64,000 nucleotides of DNA from Candidatus Eiseniibacteriota bacterium (GTDB lineage: Bacteria > Eisenbacteria > RBG-16-71-46), in contig CAVSAC010000012.1 of assembly GCA_963725865.1 (NCBI GenBank), forward strand, positions 288,001 to 352,000, given 5' to 3'. A program made the translations under genes and the position numbers. The notes beneath the pieces are model-generated. The model saw nothing but the letters and a program-made list of their open reading frames with translations. It ran no database searches and had not been told where the DNA came from. Of this stretch, positions 41,751 to 49,955 are shown piece by piece. How positions within the stretch are numbered: position 1 is the stretch's first letter; each line of letters opens with the position of its first letter.

Positions 41751-42025
41751 ACGCGCGCGCCACGGCATCCGCCCGCTGGATGCGCCGCACCGGCATCGTG
41801 TGCATGGTGATCGGCCTCGATCTCACGCTGGTGAGCGTCGGCGCCTGGGCGCTGGACCGCGCGCTGCCGCCCGGGGTGCTCCCGCTGCTGGCGCGCACGC
41901 TCATCGCGGTCGCCGGCGAGCTGGCGCTGCACGCCTGGCCGCTGCTGATGGTCGCGCTCGGCGCCGCGCTGGTGCTGAACGCGGCGGCCCGTTCGCGCCC
42001 CGCCGCCGCGGGAGAGCGCCGATGA
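41747..42025 (+). CDS. Small membrane protein (LiaF-TM-like)
   Basis: GTGA overlap with the upstream gene; two TM segments, AWPLL. Confidence 0.6.
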   Translation: MNARATASARWMRRTGIVCMVIGLDLTLVSVGAWALDRALPPGVLPLLARTLIAVAGELALHAWPLLMVALGAALVLNAAARSRPAAAGERR

Positions 42026-42828
42026 TCGAGACCCGTCCGTTGCTGAACGCGCGCCTGTACTTCGGCCTCGCGTTCGCCGCCGTCGGCGTGCTGTTCACGC
42101 TCGACAACTTCGGCGTGCTCGACGCCGGCGCGATCCTGCGCTTCTGGCCGCTGACGGTGGTGGCGTGGGGCATCCTGTGCCTGATGGGCCTGGGCTGCAC
42201 GCGCCGGCCGCTGATGGGCTCGCTGCTGATCGTCGCGGGCGCCTACATGCAGGCCATGGCGCTGCGCGGGGGATGGCTGTCGGCGTTCGAGCTCGGCCCG
42301 CTGATCCTGGTGCTGATCGGGGTCTACCTGATCGCCGGTCCCTCGCTCCACAAGGGTCGCCCCGCGTTCTTCATGGGGGCGCTCATCGGCCGCCGCGCGC
42401 GCCGCGGCCGCGGCCCGTTGCGGGTCGACCTGTCCGACGTCGTCGAGCGTGGGGTCACACGCGCGGTGGACGATGCCGCGACCGCGGAAGCGAACGGCGA
42501 CGAGGTGAACGCGGTCGCGGTGCTGGGCTCGGTGAACCGCAGGATCTCGTCCGCGGCGTTCACGGGCGGCGAGGTCTCGGCCGTGCTCGGCGGTGCCGTC
42601 ATCGATCTGCGCGACGCCCGCATCAGCGGACGCGAGGCGACCATCGAAGTGCTCGCGATGATGGGCGGCGTCGAGCTGCGCGTGCCCGACGGCTGGCGCA
42701 TCCTGGGCGAGGTCACGAGCGTGCTGGGTTCGGTCGACGACCGCACGCGGGTGGCCCCGGCGGAGGGCGCCCCGACGCTGCGCGTCCACGGCACCGCGCT
42801 GCTGGGCTCGGTCGAGATCAAGCACTGA
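42022..42828 (+). CDS. LiaF-like membrane protein with C-terminal beta-rich (DUF2154-like) domain
   Basis: FWPL TM region; GGAVIDLRDA, MGGVELRVP, LGSVEIK. Confidence 0.82.
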   Translation: MIETRPLLNARLYFGLAFAAVGVLFTLDNFGVLDAGAILRFWPLTVVAWGILCLMGLGCTRRPLMGSLLIVAGAYMQAMALRGGWLSAFELGPLILVLIGVYLIAGPSLHKGRPAFFMGALIGRRARRGRGPLRVDLSDVVERGVTRAVDDAATAEANGDEVNAVAVLGSVNRRISSAAFTGGEVSAVLGGAVIDLRDARISGREATIEVLAMMGGVELRVPDGWRILGEVTSVLGSVDDRTRVAPAEGAPTLRVHGTALLGSVEIKH

Positions 42829-42831
42829 GCC

Positions 42832-43914
42832 ATGCACCCGCTGCTCGCGAGCCGCGCCCGCCTGCTGCTCTACCTGACCGCCTGGCTGCCGGTGATGGCG
42901 CTGCTCGCGGCACTCGACCGCCTGCTCGAGCCGCGCGACTGGCAGACGACGCTCGCGCTGGTGGTGCCGCTCGCGGTGGTCCACGCGTTCGTCTGCCTGT
43001 CGGCGTGGTGGGTGTGCCGCGCCGCGCCGCTCGGACGGAGCACGGCCTCGGCGGTGCTGAGCACGGTGGGCGTCGCGGCGCTGCTCGCCGGCGGCGCGTG
43101 GATGGGACTCGCGGCGCTCTGGCGGCACCTGCTGGAGCCGGCGCGCGGCGCGGTGCCGCTCCTCGAGCAGCGCGAGCTCGCGCTCGTGGGGGCCGCGGGC
43201 GTGCTGCTGTACCTGTTCTCCGCCGTGGTCCACTACCTGATCCTGGCGTTCGAGGACTCGCGCGCGGCCGAGCGCCGGACGCTCGAGCTCCAGGTGCAGG
43301 CGCGCGAGGCGGAGCTGCGCGCGCTGCGTGCCCAGGTCGATCCGCACTTCCTGTTCAACAGCCTCAACTCGATCAGCGCGCTGGTCGTGGGCTCGCCCGA
43401 GGGCGCGCGGCAGATGTGCCAGCGCCTCGGTGAGTTCCTGCGCAGCAGCCAGCGGCTGGGCTCGCAGGAGTGGGTGTCGCTGGCGGAGGAGCTGGCGCTG
43501 GCCGAGCGCTACCTCGCGATCGAGCACGCGCGGTTCGGCGCGCGCCTGGAGTTCGAGCAAGAGGTCGCGCCCGAGGCGGAGGTCTGTCTGCTGCCGCCGC
43601 TGCTGCTCCAGCCGCTGGTCGAGAACGCGGTGCGCCACGGCGTGGCGCCCAGTGTCGAGGGCGGCGTGATCCGTATCGAGGCGCGCCGCGACGGCGACCG
43701 CCTGGAGATCGAGCTCGACAATCCGTTCGATCCGTCCGCCCCGCCGAGCCGCGGCTCGGGGCTGGGCCTGGCGAACGTGCGCGCGCGTCTCGACCTGCTC
43801 GATCCGCGCCGCACCCGGGTCGACGCCGGCCCGGCGGGCGACCGCTACCGCGTGCGGCTGGTGCTGCCGGCGCTCGAGCGCGGCGCGGCGCCGCGCCCCG
43901 AGGAGGCGTCGTGA
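42832..43914 (+). CDS. LytS/YehU-family sensor histidine kinase
   Basis: LRAQVDPHFLFNSLN, LQPLVENAVRHG, GLGLANV. Confidence 0.93.
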   Translation: MHPLLASRARLLLYLTAWLPVMALLAALDRLLEPRDWQTTLALVVPLAVVHAFVCLSAWWVCRAAPLGRSTASAVLSTVGVAALLAGGAWMGLAALWRHLLEPARGAVPLLEQRELALVGAAGVLLYLFSAVVHYLILAFEDSRAAERRTLELQVQAREAELRALRAQVDPHFLFNSLNSISALVVGSPEGARQMCQRLGEFLRSSQRLGSQEWVSLAEELALAERYLAIEHARFGARLEFEQEVAPEAEVCLLPPLLLQPLVENAVRHGVAPSVEGGVIRIEARRDGDRLEIELDNPFDPSAPPSRGSGLGLANVRARLDLLDPRRTRVDAGPAGDRYRVRLVLPALERGAAPRPEEAS

Positions 43915-44663
43915 GCGCGCCTGCGACCCTGCGCGCGCTGATCGTGGACGACGAGGCGCCGGCGCGCGCGCTGCTGCGCGAATACCTCGCCGCGCACCCG
44001 GACGTCGAGGTGGTGGGCGAGTGCGCGAACGGCTTCGAGGCGGTGAAGGCGGCGGCCGAGCTGGCCCCCGACCTGCTGTTCCTCGACATCCAGATGCCGA
44101 AGCTGGATGGCTTCGACGTGCTCGAGCTCGTCGGCCCCGGCCCTCAGGTGATCTTCGTGACCGCGTTCGACCAGTACGCGCTGCGCGCGTTCGAGGTGCA
44201 CGCGATCGACTACCTGCTCAAGCCGTTCCCGCCCGAGCGGCTGGCCGAGGCGCTCGCCCACGCCCGCGCACGGCGGGCGCAGCAGATGCCCACGCCGGTG
44301 GCGGCACTGGTGGCCGACGCGCGTCCGCCCGGGCGCTTCCTCGAACGCGTGCTGGTCCGTGACGGCGCCAAGGTGCACGTGATCCCGGTCGAGCGCGTGG
44401 ACTACTTCGAGGCGCAGGACGACTACGTCGCGATCCACGCGGAGGGCAAGGTCACGCTCAAGCCGCAGACGCTCACCGAGCTCGAGCGCGGCCTCGACCC
44501 CGCGCGCTTCGTGCGCATCCACCGCTCGTACGTGCTCAACCTCGAGCGCCTCGCCCGCATCGAGCTGTTCGCCAAGGACCGGCGCGTCGTGGTGCTGAAG
44601 GACAGCGGCGAGCTGCCGGTGAGCCGCGCCGGCTACGCGCGGCTGAAGGCGCTGCTGGGTTGA
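43911..44663 (+). CDS. LytTR-family response regulator
   Basis: IVDDE, FLDIQMP, DYLLKP, FVRIHRSY. Confidence 0.93.
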   Translation: MSAPATLRALIVDDEAPARALLREYLAAHPDVEVVGECANGFEAVKAAAELAPDLLFLDIQMPKLDGFDVLELVGPGPQVIFVTAFDQYALRAFEVHAIDYLLKPFPPERLAEALAHARARRAQQMPTPVAALVADARPPGRFLERVLVRDGAKVHVIPVERVDYFEAQDDYVAIHAEGKVTLKPQTLTELERGLDPARFVRIHRSYVLNLERLARIELFAKDRRVVVLKDSGELPVSRAGYARLKALLG

Positions 44664-44670
44664 GGCCGGA

Positions 44671-45285
44671 CTAGCGGGCGTCGAGCTGGCGGTGCGCCGT
44701 CTCGAAGTGGGCGAGCGCCTCGTCGAGGTTGGTCGCGACCGCGGCGGCCGGAAAGCGCTCGAGCAGCGCGGCCACCGGCCGGAACAGCACCGGGAAATCG
44801 CAGGCCTCGAGGATGGTCAGGTCGTTGAGGCTGTCGCCCATCGCGGCCACCTTGTAGCCCGCGCTGCGGATGCCCGAGACGATGCGGTCCTTCTGGCCGC
44901 GGATGCGCAGCCGGAACCCGCTCAGGAGCCCGTCGGGGCCCACCTCGAAGCGATTCGCGAACAGGCTGTGCCCGCCGAGCTTCTGCGCCAGCGGCTCGGC
45001 CAGCTCGTGGAAGGTGTCCGAGATCAGGATCACCTGGCCCAGCCCCCGCACGCGCGAGAGGAACTCGCGCGCCCCCAGGTAGGGCTCGATCGCGTGGGCG
45101 GTCGCCTGCAGTTGCGCCAGCGTGAGGCCATGGCGGCGGGTGGCCTCGATGCGGGTGGTCATGAGCGCGTCGAAGTTCGCGCTCTCGCGGGTGGTGAGGG
45201 AGAGTTCGGGAACGCCGAACCGGGCCCCCAGCAAGGGCCAGATCTCGGGCGCCAGCACGCCCTCGAGGTCGATCGCGTAGACCAT
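44671..45285 (-). CDS. thrH: Phosphoserine phosphatase / homoserine phosphotransferase
   Basis: DLEGVLAPEIW, TTR, ISDTF, GDSLND. Confidence 0.85.
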   Translation of the reverse strand: MVYAIDLEGVLAPEIWPLLGARFGVPELSLTTRESANFDALMTTRIEATRRHGLTLAQLQATAHAIEPYLGAREFLSRVRGLGQVILISDTFHELAEPLAQKLGGHSLFANRFEVGPDGLLSGFRLRIRGQKDRIVSGIRSAGYKVAAMGDSLNDLTILEACDFPVLFRPVAALLERFPAAAVATNLDEALAHFETAHRQLDAR

Positions 45286-45580
45286 GGCGGGCGGCACCAT
45301 AACATAGAGGAGTGGGACACCCCGGAACGGCACGGTTCCGAATGGATTCGGAAGTGTGGCGTTGACGCATTTCACAGAATCCGTTGCGGCACATGGCCTT
45401 GTCACTTCTTCACCCGCCTTTTGCTGGCCTTCTTGGCCTTCTTCTTCGCGGCCCGCTTCGGCTTCTCGGGCCATCCCTCGGCGGGGCGTGGCTTGGCGAG
45501 GGCCCGGCCGATGGCCGATTCCCAATGCTTCCGAATGGATTTCAGTTGTGCCGACCGATGGCCGAATCTATTATCGTCCC

Positions 45581-46079
45581 ATGACTATCCGAGTGAATCC
45601 AGCCCAGGTCCTCGACTCCAAGGACCGACTCATCCTCGAATGGGTCCAGCGCGACGCCAAGACCTGGCGCAGGCCGAGATCGCCCGCCGGTCGGACTGTC
45701 GACGGCGGCGGTCAACGAGCGGCTGCGCAAGCTCGAGACGGCCGGCTTCATCCGGCGGTGGACGGTGGTGGTCGATCCGCGCGCGGTCGGCTCGACGGTG
45801 GCGGCGTTCGTCGAGGTGTTCATCGAGCATCCGAGCCACGAGGCGGCGTTCCTCGAGAAGATGCTCGCGCTCGACGAGGTCCAGGAGTGCCACTACATCA
45901 CCGGGGAGTTCTCGCTGCTGCTCAAAGTCCGCGTGCGCGACATGGACGCGCTGCGCGATCTGCTGCTGCACCAACTGAACGGCATGGACGGCGTGCGCCA
46001 GACGCGCACGATCATGGTGCTCTCGACCGTGAAGGAGGAGGGCTTCGTGCCGACCGCAGTGAAAGGAGAAGCGCCATGA
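45581..46079 (+). CDS. Lrp/AsnC transcriptional regulator, frameshift near 45665
   Basis: LDSKDRLIL...RDAK continues in another frame as GLSTAAVNERLRKLE and then ECHYITGEFSLLLKV. Confidence 0.85.
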
Positions 46080-47431
46080 ACCCGACCACGCGCGCGCCGC
46101 GGCTGGCGCCCGGCGAGGTGCATGCCACGCTCGGCCGCCACATGCTCGTCGACGGCTACGACATCGTGCTCGACCTCGACAGGAGCCACGGCCGCCGGCT
46201 GTGGGATTCCCGCAACCAGCGCTGGCTGCTCGACACGTTCTCGTTCTTCGCGACGCTGCCGCTCGGCGTCAACCACCCGAAGATGAAGGATCCCGACTTC
46301 CTCGCGGCGCTGCAGCGCGCGGCGCTCGTGAACCCGTCGAACTCGGACATCTACACGGTCGAGATGGGCGAGTTCGTCGAGGTGTTCGGGCGGGTCGGGA
46401 TCCCCGACTACCTGCCGCACCTGTTCCTGATCTCGGGCGGCACGCTGGGCGTCGAGAACGCGCTCAAGGCGGCGTTCGACTGGAAGGTCCGCCAGAACTT
46501 CCGCGCCGGCAGCACGACGGAGAAGGGGCACCAGGTGCTCCATTTCCGCGAGGCCTTCCACGGGCGCTCCGGATACACGCTCTCGCTGACGAACACCGCG
46601 GACCCGAGGAAGTACCAGTACTTCCCCAAGTTCGACTGGCCGCGCGTCGACACCCCGAAGCTGCGATTCCCGGTCGACGACGCCGAGCGCGCGCGCGTGC
46701 AGCAGGCCGAGTCGGCGACGCTGGCCCAGGCGAAGCAGGCGTTCTCCGAGCGCCGCGACGAGATCGCCTGCGTGCTGATCGAGCCGATCCAGGCCGAGGG
46801 CGGCGACAACCACTTCCGCCCCGAGTTCCTGCGGGCGCTGCGCGACCTGGCGCACGAGAACCGGGCGCTGCTGGCGTTCGACGAGGTGCAGACCGGAGTC
46901 GCGCTGACCGGGCGCTTCTGGGCGCACCAGCACTTCGACGTCCGGCCGGACCTGATGGCGTTCGGCAAGAAGATGCAGGTCTGCGGCTTCCTCGGCGGGC
47001 CGATGCTCGACGAGGAGCCGGACAACGTGTTCAAGGTCTCGAGCCGCCTCAACTCCACCTGGGGCGGCAGCCTGGTCGACATGGTGCGCAGCCGCCGCTA
47101 CCTCGAGATCATCGAGGAGGAGCGGTTGACCGAGAACGCGGCGACGGTGGGCGCCCACCTGCTGCGCGGCCTCGGCGCGCTGCAGCAGGCGAAGCCCGAC
47201 GTGCTCTCGAACGCGCGCGGGCGCGGCCTGATGTGCGCGATCGACCTGCCCGACGGCGCCACCCGCGACCGCGTGACCGATGCGGTGTACGATCTCGGCA
47301 TGATGCTGCTCGCCTGTGGCACGCGCAGCGTGCGCTTCCGCCCGCCGCTCGACATCATCACGCCCGAGATCGACGAGGCCCTCGACCTGTTCCGTCGCGG
47401 CGTGGAGCAGGTGCTGGCGAAGCCGGCCTGA
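46076..47431 (+). CDS. lat: L-lysine 6-aminotransferase
   Basis: NPSNSDIY, ENALKAAFDWK, FHGRSGY, EPIQAEGGD, DEVQTG, FGKK, NSTWGG. Confidence 0.92.
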   Translation: MNPTTRAPRLAPGEVHATLGRHMLVDGYDIVLDLDRSHGRRLWDSRNQRWLLDTFSFFATLPLGVNHPKMKDPDFLAALQRAALVNPSNSDIYTVEMGEFVEVFGRVGIPDYLPHLFLISGGTLGVENALKAAFDWKVRQNFRAGSTTEKGHQVLHFREAFHGRSGYTLSLTNTADPRKYQYFPKFDWPRVDTPKLRFPVDDAERARVQQAESATLAQAKQAFSERRDEIACVLIEPIQAEGGDNHFRPEFLRALRDLAHENRALLAFDEVQTGVALTGRFWAHQHFDVRPDLMAFGKKMQVCGFLGGPMLDEEPDNVFKVSSRLNSTWGGSLVDMVRSRRYLEIIEEERLTENAATVGAHLLRGLGALQQAKPDVLSNARGRGLMCAIDLPDGATRDRVTDAVYDLGMMLLACGTRSVRFRPPLDIITPEIDEALDLFRRGVEQVLAKPA

Positions 47432-47442
47432 GCGCGGCGCGC

Positions 47443-48945
47443 GTGCCGGACGCCGTCGCACCGAAGCCGCGGTTCCGCGAGGCCGCCACGGTGGTCCTGG
47501 TCCGGGGCCACGGCGAGGCGCTCGAGGTGTACTGGGTGCTGCGCAGCGACGCGGTCGCGGTCATGCCCGGCTTCCACGCATTCCCCGGCGGCAAGGCCGA
47601 CGCCGAGGACGCCGCGCTCGAGATCGACGGGGCCCTCGAGGGCGAGGAGCGGGTGCTGCGCGCCTGCGCGATCCGCGAGGCGTTCGAGGAGCTCGGAGTG
47701 CTGGTGGGGCTCGAGGGCACCGCGCCGGAGCCCGCGGCGCTGGCGTCCGATCGCGACCGCGTACTGGCGGGCGCGGCGCGCTTCGGCGATCTGGCGCGCG
47801 AGCGCGGCTGGCGCTTCCGCGCCGACCGGCTCACGTTCGCCGGGCGCTGGCAGACCCCGCCGTTCGCGGCCGTGCGCTTCGACGCGGTGTTCTGGCTCGC
47901 GCGCCTCGACCCGGAGCAGACCCCGAGCGTGCGTCCCGGCGAGCTGGCGTCCGGCGAGTGGGTGCGCCCGCTCGAGGCGCTGCAGCGCTGGATCGACGGC
48001 GGCTGCGCGTTCGCGGCGCCGATGCTCTACACGCTGATCGCGCTCGCCGAGGGCGAGGCGCTGCTGCCGGAGCGGCTCGCCAACGCCCCGCTGCGCTCGC
48101 GCACCCCGGTGCGGCGCATCGAGCTGCTGTGGGGCGTCGTGCTCCAGCCGATGAAGACGCGCCCGCTGCCGCCCGCCACGCACACCAACACCTACCTGGT
48201 GGGCGAGCGCGACCTGGCGATCGTGGATCCCGGCAGCGACGATCCGGCGGAGCTGGAGGCGTTGTTCGCGCTCGTCGATCACCTGGTCACCGACGGCCGC
48301 AAGCCCGAGCTCGTCCTGCTCACGCACCACCATCCCGATCACGTCGCCGGGGTCGAGGCGGTCAAGGCGCGCTACGGGATCCCGGTGGCGGCGCACGCCG
48401 AGACCGCGCGGCACCTGCGCGTCGACGTCATGCTCGCGCACGGGGATCGCGTGCCGCTCGCCGCCGGCCGCGGCGGCGACTGGACGCTGCGCGCGGTGCA
48501 CACGCCGGGGCACGCGCCGGGGCACCTCTGCTTCCTGCACGAGCGGACCCGCGCGCTGCTGTGCGGCGACCACATCCCGGGCGGCTCCGGCACCGTCATC
48601 ATCGATCCGCCCGACGGGGACATGGGCGAGTACGTGGCCTCGCTCGAGCGGCTCGCGCGGCTGGACCTCGCGTACCTGTTCCCGGGGCACGGCTCGCCGC
48701 AGGGGGCACCCTACCGGCGCATCGCGGCACTGCTCGAGCACCGCCGCGCCCGCGAGGCGAAGGTGCTCGCGGCGCTCGACGATCAGCCGCGCTCGCTCGG
48801 CGAGCTGGTCGAGCGAGCGTACGCCGACACGCCGCGCGAGCTGTGGGTCCATGCCGAGCGCTCGCTGCTGGCGCACCTGATCGCGCTCGAGCGCGCGGGG
48901 CGGGCGGCACCGGTGGAGGAGCGCTGGCGGCGCGCGCTCCCGTAG
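47443..48945 (+). CDS. NUDIX hydrolase - metallo-beta-lactamase (LACTB2-like) fusion
   Basis: FPGG...AIREAFEELG; THHHPDH, HTPGH, GD, PGHG. Confidence 0.88.
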   Translation: MPDAVAPKPRFREAATVVLVRGHGEALEVYWVLRSDAVAVMPGFHAFPGGKADAEDAALEIDGALEGEERVLRACAIREAFEELGVLVGLEGTAPEPAALASDRDRVLAGAARFGDLARERGWRFRADRLTFAGRWQTPPFAAVRFDAVFWLARLDPEQTPSVRPGELASGEWVRPLEALQRWIDGGCAFAAPMLYTLIALAEGEALLPERLANAPLRSRTPVRRIELLWGVVLQPMKTRPLPPATHTNTYLVGERDLAIVDPGSDDPAELEALFALVDHLVTDGRKPELVLLTHHHPDHVAGVEAVKARYGIPVAAHAETARHLRVDVMLAHGDRVPLAAGRGGDWTLRAVHTPGHAPGHLCFLHERTRALLCGDHIPGGSGTVIIDPPDGDMGEYVASLERLARLDLAYLFPGHGSPQGAPYRRIAALLEHRRAREAKVLAALDDQPRSLGELVERAYADTPRELWVHAERSLLAHLIALERAGRAAPVEERWRRALP

Positions 48946-49013
48946 ACGCTCGCCGGGCCCGGCCCGCCGCGACCGACTGGCTTCCGCGGGCCCCGCTCCA
49001 CTAGCCTGCCTCG

Positions 49014-49862
49014 ATGGCCCTCGAACTGTTGCTGGGAGCGCTCGCTTCGCTGTGCTACGGCAGCGGCGATTTCGCCGGCGGGGTGGCGGCGCGGCGTGCG
49101 CCGGCGATCGTGGTCACCTGCTTCTCCGGGCTCGGGGCACTCGCGGTGCTGCTGCTCGGGCTCGTCCTCACGCACGGCAGTCCGACGACTGCCGACTTCG
49201 CGTGGGCCGCGGCCGCGGGCGTGTGCGGCGCGGCAGGCGCCACGCTCATCTATCACGCGCTGGCGCTCGGGCCGGTGAGCCTCGCGTCGCCGCTGCTGTG
49301 CATCATCGCGCTGGTGCTGCCGGCGCTGGTCGGGGTGGCGCTCGGCGAGCGTCCCTCGCCACGGGCGTGGACCGGCGTGGCGCTCGCCCTGCTCGCGATC
49401 CCGCTGCTGGCGCAGACCGGCAGCCACGCGTCGGCGCCGACCCGCGCGCACGTGCGGCGCACGATCCTGGTCGCGACCGTGGCCGGCATCGCCGCCGGCG
49501 CGTTCCTGGTCTGCGTCGCGCGCGTCGGCGCGCACGCCGGCATGGCGCCCCTGCTGCTCGCGCGCGGCGTCTCGGTCGCGATCCTCGCGGCGCTGGTGCT
49601 GGCGCAGCGGCGCTCGCTGCTGCCGGCCGCCGAGGCGCGCGGAGCGGCGCTCACGGCCGGGGTGCTCGACTCGACGGCGAACGTGCTCTTCTGGTTCGCC
49701 GTCCAGGGCGGGAACCTCGCGCTGGTGGCGGCGCTGGTCTCGCTCGCGCCCGCGACCACCGTGCTGCTCGCGCGCTTGTTCCAGGGCGAGCGCTGGACGG
49801 TGCCGCAGGCGTGGGGGCTGGGTGTGGCGCTCGCCGCCGGGGCGCTGATCTCGCTCGGGTGA
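49014..49862 (+). CDS. EamA/DMT family transporter
   Basis: YGSGDFAGG N-terminus, about 10 TM segments, GER motif in both halves. Confidence 0.88.
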   Translation: MALELLLGALASLCYGSGDFAGGVAARRAPAIVVTCFSGLGALAVLLLGLVLTHGSPTTADFAWAAAAGVCGAAGATLIYHALALGPVSLASPLLCIIALVLPALVGVALGERPSPRAWTGVALALLAIPLLAQTGSHASAPTRAHVRRTILVATVAGIAAGAFLVCVARVGAHAGMAPLLLARGVSVAILAALVLAQRRSLLPAAEARGAALTAGVLDSTANVLFWFAVQGGNLALVAALVSLAPATTVLLARLFQGERWTVPQAWGLGVALAAGALISLG

Positions 49863-49955
49863 GCCTCCCGCGACCGCCGCACGACGGCGGCGCCGTCCAG
49901 GCGCGGGCGCGGGCGCGGGCGCGCCGGCGTCGCGGCCGGCGTGCTTCCGCGCCTG

